64,000 bases of DNA. Origin: Ilumatobacteraceae bacterium. GTDB lineage: Bacteria; Actinomycetota; Acidimicrobiia; Acidimicrobiales; Ilumatobacteraceae. Below, piece by piece: positions 47,839 to 56,961 of the stretch (positions are counted from its first letter, which is position 1; every line of letters begins with the position of its first letter). The notes below the pieces were generated by a model, which was not told where the DNA came from, made no database searches, and saw only the letters and a program-made list of their open reading frames with translations. Both the position numbers and the translations under genes were made by a program. The stretch is from contig DAIPHP010000001.1 of NCBI GenBank assembly GCA_036771295.1, positions 648-64,647 of the forward strand, in the 5' to 3' direction.

Positions 47839-48717
47839 ATGACGAGCGTCGCGCAGTGGGTGAGTGGTGCTCGTCCGCGTACGTTGTCTGCCGCAGTCGT
47901 CCCTGTCGCGATTGGCGCATGCGTCGCTTCGAGAAGCGTAGATGTCGATGCCGAATTCGCCTCCAGGACAGCTGCCGCCCTGATCGTGAGCATCGCGCTC
48001 CAGATTGCAGTGAATTTTGCCAACGACTACTCCGACGGAATTCGCGGCACCGACGCCAGGCGGAGCGGCCCGATGCGGCTCGTAGGTTCCGGTGTTGCGT
48101 CGGCGGCCGCAGTCAAGAACGCTGCATTCTTGTCGTTCGGAGTGGCGACTGTCGCGGGGTTGTTCCTCGCGTCGCAAACGACATGGTGGTTGATCGCGGT
48201 CGGTTTGGCGAGCATCGTCGCAGCGTGGACGTACACGGGAGGGCCGCGACCGTACGGCTATGCGGGGCTCGGCGAGGTGTTCGTCTTCGTCTTTTTCGGT
48301 CTGCTCGCGACTGCCGGCACGTCTTATGTGACCACAGAAGAAGTCTCGCTACTCGCCGTGGTGTCCGGTGCGGTGTCGGGGTTTCTTGCCGTCGCCTTGC
48401 TGGTGGTCAACAACATCCGCGACATCGAGAACGATCGTCTGAGCGGCAAGATGACGCTTGCCGTGCGTCTCGGCAACGCTCGGTCGCGAACGTTGTACTC
48501 GGGGTGCTACGTGGCGGCAGGCACGATGATGCTGCTCGCAGCCCGCGAGGTGCCGCTAGCGCTCCTCGGGCTTGTCGGACTGCTCGCCTCGTTGCCGGCG
48601 GTGTCGACGGTGCGCACCGCTTCGAGTCCGCGCGACCTCGTTAGCGCCCTGGGAATGACTTCGAGAGCGCAGCTCGTTGTCGGCCTGCTGTACTCGACGG
48701 GGATCCTGCTCGGCTAG
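47839..48717 (+). CDS. menA: 1,4-dihydroxy-2-naphthoate polyprenyltransferase
   Basis: UbiA-family motifs NDYSDG and NNIRDIENDRLSGKMTLAV. N-terminus WVSGARPRTL. Confidence 0.9.
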   Translation: MTSVAQWVSGARPRTLSAAVVPVAIGACVASRSVDVDAEFASRTAAALIVSIALQIAVNFANDYSDGIRGTDARRSGPMRLVGSGVASAAAVKNAAFLSFGVATVAGLFLASQTTWWLIAVGLASIVAAWTYTGGPRPYGYAGLGEVFVFVFFGLLATAGTSYVTTEEVSLLAVVSGAVSGFLAVALLVVNNIRDIENDRLSGKMTLAVRLGNARSRTLYSGCYVAAGTMMLLAAREVPLALLGLVGLLASLPAVSTVRTASSPRDLVSALGMTSRAQLVVGLLYSTGILLG

Positions 48718-49502
48718 CCGGACACGACGAGGCGATACCACTTCGCAATCTCGGCAGCCAACTCGGCGGGGGATTCGGAGTTGACACTGTGTCCGCACTC
48801 GGGGATGACTGCCAGTGATCCGTGGCGTACCACGCCCGCGAGACGACGGGCAATGTCGACATATTTGAGATCGTGCGCGCCGGCGACTGCGAGAAACGGC
48901 CGATCGAACGAGGAAAGTTCGTTCCACAACGACCGTTGGCGTCCTTGTCCGCATCGCCGAAGGCTGTCGGCCAAGCCCCCTGCCGTGTTGGTGAGGCGTT
49001 CGTCGACCATGGCCTGCGCGGGGTTCAGCGAGGCGAAGATCGGCTGCGCCAGCCACTCGCGCAGAAACGCAGCAACGCCGATTGTCTCCACTCGTCGAGC
49101 CAGTTCGTCGTCGGCACTTGCGCGCGCTCTTCGCTCGGTGTCGTCCGCGATTCCGGCGGCTCCGCTCACGGAGACTGCTCCCATGACGACGTCGGGCTGA
49201 TCGGCCATCAGCTGCAGCACGACCCGTGCACCGAGCGAATACCCGACGTACACCGCTCGACCGCCGACCGCCGCGAGAAGACGAGCGCTGTCGGAGAGAT
49301 CGGCGGAAACCGTCGACGACTGGCCGTGGCCCGGGAGATCGACCAAGAGACAGTTCGTATCGGGAAGTGTCGAGACGAGGCTCCCGGCGGACTGACGCCA
49401 CGACGCACGCGTCTGCGTGAAACCATGAACCATCACGATGCGATGTCGCCCGTTTCCGACCTGTTCGCTTCCCAGCTTCGGTTCAGAAGTCACTTGGCTC
49501 AA
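48714..49502 (-). CDS. menH: Alpha/beta hydrolase, probable SHCHC synthase
   Basis: HGFTQT, nucleophile elbow GYSLGA, C-terminal His (CGHS). Assigned by its position in the men cluster. The start is TTG at 49502 or GTG at 49493. Confidence 0.6.
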   Translation of the reverse strand: MSQVTSEPKLGSEQVGNGRHRIVMVHGFTQTRASWRQSAGSLVSTLPDTNCLLVDLPGHGQSSTVSADLSDSARLLAAVGGRAVYVGYSLGARVVLQLMADQPDVVMGAVSVSGAAGIADDTERRARASADDELARRVETIGVAAFLREWLAQPIFASLNPAQAMVDERLTNTAGGLADSLRRCGQGRQRSLWNELSSFDRPFLAVAGAHDLKYVDIARRLAGVVRHGSLAVIPECGHSVNSESPAELAAEIAKWYRLVVSG

Positions 49503-50140
49503 CGTGCGACCATTCTTCGGATGAGCCGCGCGAACGTGTCGGCGTCTTGCGCGCCTGGTACGACCAGCGAGTCGTTGACGACGAAGGTCGGCACCGCGGT
49601 GATGTCCCGGTCGGACGCCCAGCGCACATCTTGCTCGACCTGCGCCGTCAAGGTTGCGTCTGACAAGTCAACGTTCTTCTCGAAGGAAAACCCGGCCCGT
49701 TCCGCGCATCGCCGAAGCGTTTCGTCGCGAGAGATGTCGAGACCCTCGCAGAAGTAGCCCCGCATGATCGACTCGTTGACTTCGCCCTGCAGTGAAGGGG
49801 TGACGTTCTCGACGAATTTCAACAAACGGTGGGCTGGCAACGTGTTGGCACGGATGGCGGTATCCATTCGAAACTCGATGCCTTCCTGCGCTGCTACCGC
49901 AGTCACGTTGGCCAAGATGCGCTCGGCGTGCGCGGTGCCCCCAAACTTCTTGGCGTACGCGTCCTTGACGGGTGTCGGTTCACCGAGCGGAGCTGTCGGG
50001 TCGAGCAGGAACGCTCGGTATCGGACGTCAAGGTCGATGGTCACACCTTCCTCGCGCAACTGCGATACCGCGCGCTCGAACCGGCGTTTGCCGATGTAGC
50101 ACCAGGGGCAGACGAGATCAGAAGCAATTTCCACCCGCAT
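49499..50140 (-). CDS. DsbA-family thiol oxidoreductase (FrnE/HCCA-isomerase-like)
   Basis: CPWCYIGKRRF active site in a thioredoxin fold. ATG at 50140 is preferred over the TTG at 50164. Confidence 0.8.
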   Translation of the reverse strand: MRVEIASDLVCPWCYIGKRRFERAVSQLREEGVTIDLDVRYRAFLLDPTAPLGEPTPVKDAYAKKFGGTAHAERILANVTAVAAQEGIEFRMDTAIRANTLPAHRLLKFVENVTPSLQGEVNESIMRGYFCEGLDISRDETLRRCAERAGFSFEKNVDLSDATLTAQVEQDVRWASDRDITAVPTFVVNDSLVVPGAQDADTFARLIRRMVAR

Positions 50141-50158
50141 TGCTGCCACGATAGAGGC

Positions 50159-51847
50159 ATGCAATCGGCCGATGTGACCGCCACGTTCTGCGCGGCGCTC
50201 GTCGACGAGTGGTGCGAGCTGGGCGTCCGGGTAGCCATCGTGGCTCCCGGGTCGCGATCAACCCCGATGGCGTTGGCGATAGCGGCGGATTCGCGTCTGG
50301 TTGTCGAGGTGTTCCACGACGAGAGAAGCGCCGCCTTCGCGGCCTTGGGTGCGGCGAAGGCAACGGGCGCTCCGGCACTGGTGCTCTGCACGTCGGGTAC
50401 GGCAGCGGTCAATTTTCATCCAGCCGTCGTGGAGGCCTCATACGCCGAGGTGCCGCTCATCGTGCTGACCGCTGATCGACCGCCGGAGTTGCAAGGAGTC
50501 GGAGCCCCTCAGACGATCGACCAACGGCAGTTGTATGGCTCGTCCGCTCGCACATTCATCGACACGGGAGTAGCGGATGACGAACGATCCGGCGACTGGC
50601 GAGAACTTGCCCGACGGGCGTTCTTCGCTTCGAAGGGCTCGAAGCCGGGGCCGGTTCATGTGAACCTGCCGTTTCGTGAGCCACTCGTCGGCATCACCCG
50701 ATCGCTTCCGCCCCGCGATTCGCGAGCGCCCAAGCTGGCGAAGCCTGCGGTCGTCGGCACTGAGACGTTGGCAAAGTTGGCTGCTCGCTTGAGCGGCAAG
50801 CACGGCCTCATCGTGGCGGGTTCGGGAAGTCCAGACTCAGGATCGGTCATGGCCCTTGCGGCGAGGTTACGGTGGCCCGTCATTGCCGACCCTCTTGGGG
50901 GCGCACGCGGCGACGACTCACTGGCGATTCGTCATGCCGACGCCTGGCTGCGCGACACGGCGCTGGCGAGTGAGTTTCGTCCGCAATCGGTGCTTCGATT
51001 CGGTGCTCTGCCCGCATCGAAGGTGTTCAATGCGTGGTTACGCGAAGCAGGTGCCGAGGTTACGAGCGTCACTGCCTCACCCTCGTTGATCGATCCGGAT
51101 CGTCTGACTTCGATGCACGTGGTCGCAGACGCTGCGGGCCTGTGTCGTGATTTGCTGGGGGTCGTCGACTCGGCATCGCCTGAGTGGGAAACGAAGTGGA
51201 GGGAAGCGGAGAGTCGTGCTCGCAGCGTGTTCGCGCAACTGCTCGATGATGAGGCGGTGTTGAGCGAGCCTGGTGTGGCGCGAGCCGTCGTTGCCGGCTT
51301 GCCGGAAGGATCGCAACTCGTGGTGTCGTCTTCGATGCCGATCCGCGACGTGGAGTGGTACGGCGGGTCCTGTCAACGAGTTCGAGTGATGTCGAATCGG
51401 GGAGTCAATGGCATCGATGGCGTGACGTCCACGGCAGTTGGTGCGGCACTGTCGAACCGAGGCGTCACCGGTCTGCTCATCGGTGACGTCGCATTCCTGC
51501 ACGACACCAACGGTTTGCTGGCTCTCCGCGAACGAGCCGTCGATCTGCGAATCGTGGTGGTTGACAATCGCGGGGGAGGCATCTTTTCGTTCCTGCCCCA
51601 GCGATCGACGCTGGGCGAACAGCGCTTCGAGCAACTCTTCGGCACCCCGCACGACGTCGATCTGTTGATGCTGGGCAGAGCGCACGGAATCGACACCCAG
51701 GCGGTGACGTCCACGAAAGAGCTCACGGCCGCGCTCAAAGTTCGCGGTCCGAGAGTCATCGTCGCTCGTACGAATCGCGATGCGAACGTCGCCAAGCACG
51801 ACGACCTGCATCGCGCTGTGATTGAGGCGGTCAGGGGCGCCTCGTAG
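50159..51847 (+). CDS. menD: 2-succinyl-5-enolpyruvyl-6-hydroxy-3-cyclohexene-1-carboxylate synthase
   Basis: ThDP enzyme: APGSRSTP, TSGTAAVNF, GIDGVTSTAVG, GDVAFLHD...NRGGGIFSFL. Confidence 0.9.
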   Translation: MQSADVTATFCAALVDEWCELGVRVAIVAPGSRSTPMALAIAADSRLVVEVFHDERSAAFAALGAAKATGAPALVLCTSGTAAVNFHPAVVEASYAEVPLIVLTADRPPELQGVGAPQTIDQRQLYGSSARTFIDTGVADDERSGDWRELARRAFFASKGSKPGPVHVNLPFREPLVGITRSLPPRDSRAPKLAKPAVVGTETLAKLAARLSGKHGLIVAGSGSPDSGSVMALAARLRWPVIADPLGGARGDDSLAIRHADAWLRDTALASEFRPQSVLRFGALPASKVFNAWLREAGAEVTSVTASPSLIDPDRLTSMHVVADAAGLCRDLLGVVDSASPEWETKWREAESRARSVFAQLLDDEAVLSEPGVARAVVAGLPEGSQLVVSSSMPIRDVEWYGGSCQRVRVMSNRGVNGIDGVTSTAVGAALSNRGVTGLLIGDVAFLHDTNGLLALRERAVDLRIVVVDNRGGGIFSFLPQRSTLGEQRFEQLFGTPHDVDLLMLGRAHGIDTQAVTSTKELTAALKVRGPRVIVARTNRDANVAKHDDLHRAVIEAVRGAS

Positions 51848-51855
51848 CTCGACCC

Positions 51856-53085
51856 CTACGGGCGGACGATGGCTGCGAGCATCGCCTGAAACTTCGCCTG
51901 GGTTTCGGCCAGCTCGCTCAAGGGCTCGCTGTCGGCGACTATTCCTCCACCGGCAAACAGGCGCGCCGTTCGACGATCGGTCGACAACTCGGCACAACGG
52001 ATGGTGACGGCCCACGTGCCATTGCCGTGCGCGTCGCACCATCCGACGGCACCTCCGTAGCGACCGCGATTCAGACCCTCGGTGGCCGCGATCAGTCTGA
52101 GCGCTGCTTCGCGCGGATGCCCTCCGAGCGCCGGAGTGGGCGACAACGCGTTCACGAGCTCGATCACGTCGGGCAACGGTTGCGAGAGGCGACCTTCGAT
52201 GCGGGTCCCCAAGTGTTGCACGTTGGCTACGGCGATCACCTCCGGCTCGGGCTGCCAGTCAAGGTACGAGCACCAGGGCAAGAGCGCGTCGTGCACCATG
52301 TCAATTACGACGCGATGCTCGAGCTGATTCTTTGCGCTCGCACGCAGCTGGTTGGCCAAGTCGGCATCCTGCACGGGATTTCCCGTGCGGGGACATGTGC
52401 CGGCGAGGGGCAAGCTGCTCACGACATCGTCGCGCCGTTCAACCAACAGCTCGGGTGATGCTCCGACGAGACCGTCGATGCTGTACCGGTAACTGGAACC
52501 GAACGACGCTTTCAGTCGCTTGAGCAATGTGTGGACGGAAATCGGTTCCGAGGATTCGACGACGACGTCGCGCGCGATGACCGCTTTGGCGATTTCGCCC
52601 CGACGCACGGCGTCACGCACCGTTTCGACGGCACGCAGGTACGTTGCCACCTCGACGCCCGGCCTCACGCGATACGTCGTGCTAGCCGAAGCAACAGTGG
52701 GATCTCTCTCGATTCCCTTCTGACGTTGCATCAAGAGCGCGACCGTTTCGGCCTCCCGATGTTTCTCGAACGTCACCCAAGGCTGGAATCCGGCTGCCTT
52801 TCCGACGATGACCGCGGGCACGATGGCCTGTCCGCCCTGACCGTCGAACGGATGCCAGCCGAATGCCATACCGCGGGTGCCGAGATGGTCGACAGAGCTG
52901 TCGCACGTCGTTGTTGCGAGATAGGCGCTTGCTTTCGCCAGCGGAACACGCATCGTTTCGCCGATGCCCGCGAAGCCTGCGCCGTCGCGCACGAAGAGCA
53001 GGCCGTCCTCGCCGGCTACGTCGTTCAAATCAAGATCCGCGTCAATGAGGTCACGTAGTGGACGTGTGACGAACACGGAAGTCAC
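51856..53085 (-). CDS. menF: Isochorismate synthase
   Basis: Chorismate-binding C-terminus: PTPALGG, RGRYGGAVGW, FAGGGIVADSEP. Confidence 0.85.
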   Translation of the reverse strand: MTSVFVTRPLRDLIDADLDLNDVAGEDGLLFVRDGAGFAGIGETMRVPLAKASAYLATTTCDSSVDHLGTRGMAFGWHPFDGQGGQAIVPAVIVGKAAGFQPWVTFEKHREAETVALLMQRQKGIERDPTVASASTTYRVRPGVEVATYLRAVETVRDAVRRGEIAKAVIARDVVVESSEPISVHTLLKRLKASFGSSYRYSIDGLVGASPELLVERRDDVVSSLPLAGTCPRTGNPVQDADLANQLRASAKNQLEHRVVIDMVHDALLPWCSYLDWQPEPEVIAVANVQHLGTRIEGRLSQPLPDVIELVNALSPTPALGGHPREAALRLIAATEGLNRGRYGGAVGWCDAHGNGTWAVTIRCAELSTDRRTARLFAGGGIVADSEPLSELAETQAKFQAMLAAIVRP

Positions 53086-53113
53086 GGGTTCACCGTCCTT
53101 CGTGGCGTGCCTG

Positions 53114-53827
53114 TCATGCCCGCGTCGCAGTCAGCAGCTGTGTGAGCCCTCCGGAGAGCTGCCGATGTTGCACGTCAGTGAATCCCGCATCCCGGAGCAT
53201 CTGCACGAGCCTCGAGGATGAGGGGAGATACGAAACGCTTCGAGGCAGGTAGCGGTATGCCGCCCGATCCGAGAAGATGGCGCCGATGAACGGCACCATC
53301 TTGCCGAAATACACGGAGTTGCCGGCGCGCACCAAACGGTTCGTAGGAACCGACACGTCGAGCAAGGCGATTCGACCGCCCGGTCGAGTCACCCTCGCGA
53401 GTTCCGTGAAGAAGGTCGAAAGCTCGACGAAATTGCGCAGCGCGAATCCGCAAGTCACCCCGTCGACCGCTGCATCTCGGACGGGCAGCTGCAATGCATC
53501 GGCCTGCGTGCGAGGCGAGCCGCTGGTGTCGGCGGAAAGCATCCCGAACGAGAAGTCGAAGCTCAGCGGCCGATAACCCTGGTGAAGCAACTCTCGGCAA
53601 AAGTCTCCGGTGCCGCTAGCCAGGTCGAGCACGCGCGAGCCGGGAGCCAACCCGAGGGCTGCCACGGTCTTTCGACGCCATCGGACATCGAGACGGAACG
53701 TCATGATCCTGTTGACGAGGTCGTAACGCGGCGCGATGGTGTCGAACATCTCCCGCACCGCACGCGCCTTGTCGTCGCCTGTCGGAAGCGAAGGAGTGTC
53801 CCAACTTCGCTGCGTGCCAGCCATCAC
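53114..53827 (-). CDS. menG: Demethylmenaquinone methyltransferase (UbiE/MenG)
   Basis: FDTIAPRYDLVNRIMTF, SAM site VLDLASGTGD, FALRNF. Confidence 0.88.
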   Translation of the reverse strand: MMAGTQRSWDTPSLPTGDDKARAVREMFDTIAPRYDLVNRIMTFRLDVRWRRKTVAALGLAPGSRVLDLASGTGDFCRELLHQGYRPLSFDFSFGMLSADTSGSPRTQADALQLPVRDAAVDGVTCGFALRNFVELSTFFTELARVTRPGGRIALLDVSVPTNRLVRAGNSVYFGKMVPFIGAIFSDRAAYRYLPRSVSYLPSSSRLVQMLRDAGFTDVQHRQLSGGLTQLLTATRA

Positions 53828-53847
53828 GGCAAGGCTACGGTGGTCGC

Positions 53848-55068
53848 ATGATCGACTTCACCTTTCCGCCGGAGGTGGAAGACGTTCGGCTGCGAGTTCG
53901 CTCGTTCATGGACGAAGAAGTTCGTCCGCGATGGGAAGCGACCGACCAAAATGAGCGGAAGCAGGTGGTGAAGGCCATCGTCGAACTTCGTGCCAAGGCG
54001 CGCAACGAAGCGAAGCTTTGGCTGCCGCACATGCCGCCGGAATGGGGCGGCATGGGCCTCGGTCCGACCGCCATGGCGGCGGTATCGGCGGAGGCAGCCA
54101 AAGTCAGCATCGGTCCGTTCGTCCTGAACGCCCAGGCACCCGACGAGGGCAACCAGCACACCCTCCTGCACTGGGCGACACCTGAGCAAAAGGAGAAGTA
54201 CCTTCGTCCGCTCTGCGAAGGCACAGCCCGCTCGTGCTTCGCCATGACCGAGCCAGAGGTTGCCGGAAGTGATCCGACGCTGATCCGCACGCACGCGTAC
54301 CAAGACGGTGACGAGTGGGTGATCAACGGCCACAAGTGGTTCATTTCCGGTGCACGCGGCGCCCAGTTCGCGTTGCTCGTTGCACGTACCGAGGAAAACC
54401 CCGACATTCCGCAGGCGGCGAACTCGTGCTTCATCGTCGACATTCCGAGCGAAGGTTTCAATATCGTGCGCGACATCGAGACGATGTCAGGTGGTCACAA
54501 CCACTGCGAGATCGAGATCAAGGATCTGCGCGTGCACCAATCGCAGATGCTCGGTGGCCGAGGCCAGGGCCACTTGCTCGGCCAGTACCGACTCGGACCG
54601 GCACGCCTGGCCCACTGCATGCGCTGGATCGGCCAAGCGGAAACCGCGCTCGACATGATGGTCGATCGTGCCCTCAACCGTTTCTCGCACGGCTCCCTGC
54701 TGGCGGAGAAGCAGGGCATCCAATGGCTCATTGCCGATTCGGCGATGGAGCTCTACCAGTGCAAGCTGATGGTGCTGCACGCCGCGTTCAAGATTGAAAA
54801 GGGTCTGCCGTTCACTTCCGAGGTTTCGATGGCAAAGCACTTCGTCGCCAACAGTCTCTGGCAGATCGTGGACCGCGCGATCCAGGTGCACGGTGCGCTC
54901 GGCTACTCGACCGACACGCCGCTCGCGCACATGCTCCAGCAGGCGCGTTGGAGTCGGTTCGCCGACGGTGCCGACGAGATCCACCAAATGCGGATAGCGC
55001 AACGAACGATTGCCGCATACAAAGATTTCGGAACCACCAAGAGCGCGACAGGAGATCTGCCCCTATGA
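53848..55068 (+). CDS. Acyl-CoA dehydrogenase
   Basis: CFAMTEPEVAGSD, WVINGHKWFISG, HGALGYS, DGADEIH motifs. Confidence 0.9.
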   Translation: MIDFTFPPEVEDVRLRVRSFMDEEVRPRWEATDQNERKQVVKAIVELRAKARNEAKLWLPHMPPEWGGMGLGPTAMAAVSAEAAKVSIGPFVLNAQAPDEGNQHTLLHWATPEQKEKYLRPLCEGTARSCFAMTEPEVAGSDPTLIRTHAYQDGDEWVINGHKWFISGARGAQFALLVARTEENPDIPQAANSCFIVDIPSEGFNIVRDIETMSGGHNHCEIEIKDLRVHQSQMLGGRGQGHLLGQYRLGPARLAHCMRWIGQAETALDMMVDRALNRFSHGSLLAEKQGIQWLIADSAMELYQCKLMVLHAAFKIEKGLPFTSEVSMAKHFVANSLWQIVDRAIQVHGALGYSTDTPLAHMLQQARWSRFADGADEIHQMRIAQRTIAAYKDFGTTKSATGDLPL

Positions 55069-56024
55069 CCACACCGATATTCGGAGTCTTCATGCCGCAA
55101 GGCTGGAAGATGGAGCTCGTCAGTATTCCCGATGACCAGGCGAAGTGGGCCAAGGCCGTCGAGATCGCGCTACTCGCTGAGAAGCTGGGCTTCGATTCGA
55201 TTTGGGTGTACGACCACTTCCACAACGTGCCGAAACCCGCACATGAGGCCGTGTTCGAGTGCTGGACGACGATCGCTGCCATCAGCCAACGCACCTCACG
55301 GATTCGCCTCGGCCAGATGGTGGGTTGCAACCTCTACCGCGAGCCAGCGTTGTTGGCCAAGATCACCTCGACGATCGACGTCATCAGTGGCGGGCGCCTC
55401 GATTGGGGGATTGGCGCGGGATGGTACGAGAACGAGTGCAAGGGCTATGGCTACGACTTCCCGGTTCCCAAGGAGCGCATCGCGATGTTGCGCGAGTGCG
55501 TGGAGATCGTGAAGTCGATGTGGTCGGAGAAAGAAACCACCTACCACGGCAAGTACTACACGTTGGAGCGCGGCAATTGCGATCCAAAACCTGTGCAGAA
55601 GCCGAGGCCGCCGATCTGGATCGGTGGCGGTGGCGAGCAACTCACGCTGCGAGTCGTGGCCCGCCACGCCGATTACGCGAATTTCGGCGGCACCGTCGAT
55701 GACTTCAAACGGAAGAAGGCCATTTTGGCCGAGCACTGCAAGGCGGTCGGTCGCGATCCCGATGAGATCAAGCTCACGTGGTCGCCCGAGATCTTCATTC
55801 GCGAGACACAAGCGGAAGTCGAAGCCGCCGGTTCGCGAAGCCTGTGGGGTCATCCCCTCGAGCAGTGGAAAGCGAGCTCGCTCGTCGGTACTCCCGAGCA
55901 GGTGAGTGAAAAGATCGCCGAGTACATCGGACTCGGATGCGTCGGTTTCGTTCCTTGGTGCGCCGACTATCCGGAGACGACGACGCTCGAACTGTTCGCT
56001 CGAGTAGCCGACCAGTTCCGCTGA
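55065..56024 (+). CDS. LLM-class (luciferase-like) F420-dependent oxidoreductase
   Basis: GFDSIWVYDHF, GGRLDWGIGAGW, PPIWIGGGGE motifs. ATGA overlap with the preceding ACAD gene. Confidence 0.85.
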   Translation: MTTPIFGVFMPQGWKMELVSIPDDQAKWAKAVEIALLAEKLGFDSIWVYDHFHNVPKPAHEAVFECWTTIAAISQRTSRIRLGQMVGCNLYREPALLAKITSTIDVISGGRLDWGIGAGWYENECKGYGYDFPVPKERIAMLRECVEIVKSMWSEKETTYHGKYYTLERGNCDPKPVQKPRPPIWIGGGGEQLTLRVVARHADYANFGGTVDDFKRKKAILAEHCKAVGRDPDEIKLTWSPEIFIRETQAEVEAAGSRSLWGHPLEQWKASSLVGTPEQVSEKIAEYIGLGCVGFVPWCADYPETTTLELFARVADQFR

Positions 56025-56028
56025 ACGA

Positions 56029-56490
56029 TCAGCCGAAGTAGGTGCGGAAGACCAGTTCTGCGACGCAACTCGGCTTCTTGGCGCCCTCCACTTCGAAGGT
56101 GGCCTCCAACGTCATCTGCACCCCGCCAGCGATGTCTTCGACACCGAGCAGCTTCGCCCCGACACGCAAACGCGAGCCAACCGGAACCGGCGACGGAAAT
56201 CTGATCTTGTTCGCGCCGTAGTTCACACCCATCACCGCACCTTCGACGCCGTAAATCTGCGGAAGCAAGGATGGTCCGAGCGAAAGTGTGAGATAGCCGT
56301 GGGCGATCGGTGCACCGAAGGGACCTTGCTTGGCCTTCTCTACGTCGACGTGGATCCACTGGTGGTCGCCCGTCGCGTCGGCGAAGGTGTTGACCATCTC
56401 CTGCGTGACGGTGATGTACTCGCTGTAGCCGAGATGTTGCCCGACGTGCGCCTTGACGCCATCGGCGCCCTTCATGATCGTTCTTGCCAT
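56029..56490 (-). CDS. MaoC-family dehydratase (hotdog fold)
   Basis: FADATGDHQWIHVD and GAPIAHGYLTLS motifs. Confidence 0.9.
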   Translation of the reverse strand: MARTIMKGADGVKAHVGQHLGYSEYITVTQEMVNTFADATGDHQWIHVDVEKAKQGPFGAPIAHGYLTLSLGPSLLPQIYGVEGAVMGVNYGANKIRFPSPVPVGSRLRVGAKLLGVEDIAGGVQMTLEATFEVEGAKKPSCVAELVFRTYFG

Positions 56491-56493
56491 GAC

Positions 56494-56913
56494 TCAGTGA
56501 TACCAGATTCGTTGGTGCTCGCGGCTCTGCCGGTGCAAAAGCAGCGCCAGAAGGGCTGCGTCGAAGGCGAACGACAAGAGGCTGCCGCCGAACAGCCGGT
56601 ATCGCAGTGACGCCCCGATCTGGGTGTAGGCCACGTAGGTCAAGACGAAAGGAGAGGCTGCGGCGACCAGCGAAACTTTCCAGCCGATCTTTCGCTCGTT
56701 CGCCATGAGGAAGCCACCCGCCACGTGGGCGGCGACGATCGCGAGGCCGAGAACGAAGCCGAGTGCATAACGCTCTTTGAAGTAGTGAAGAACGCCGCCG
56801 CCGTCAATCAACTCCACGAGGGCAAAGAAGCCGTTGATGTAGAGGAGCCAGGTTGCGATCTGCAACGTCTGCGGCTGCATGCGATCCAGCCATTTGCGTC
56901 GATCAAGCATCAC
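56494..56913 (-). CDS. Hypothetical integral membrane protein
   Basis: 139 aa with four hydrophobic segments. Starts 3 nt downstream of the maoC-like stop. No motif recognised. Confidence 0.5.
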   Translation of the reverse strand: MMLDRRKWLDRMQPQTLQIATWLLYINGFFALVELIDGGGVLHYFKERYALGFVLGLAIVAAHVAGGFLMANERKIGWKVSLVAAASPFVLTYVAYTQIGASLRYRLFGGSLLSFAFDAALLALLLHRQSREHQRIWYH

Positions 56914-56961
56914 GAGATTCTGGCAGACGGACGAGGACGGGCAGGGTTAGCGTCAAGTGGG

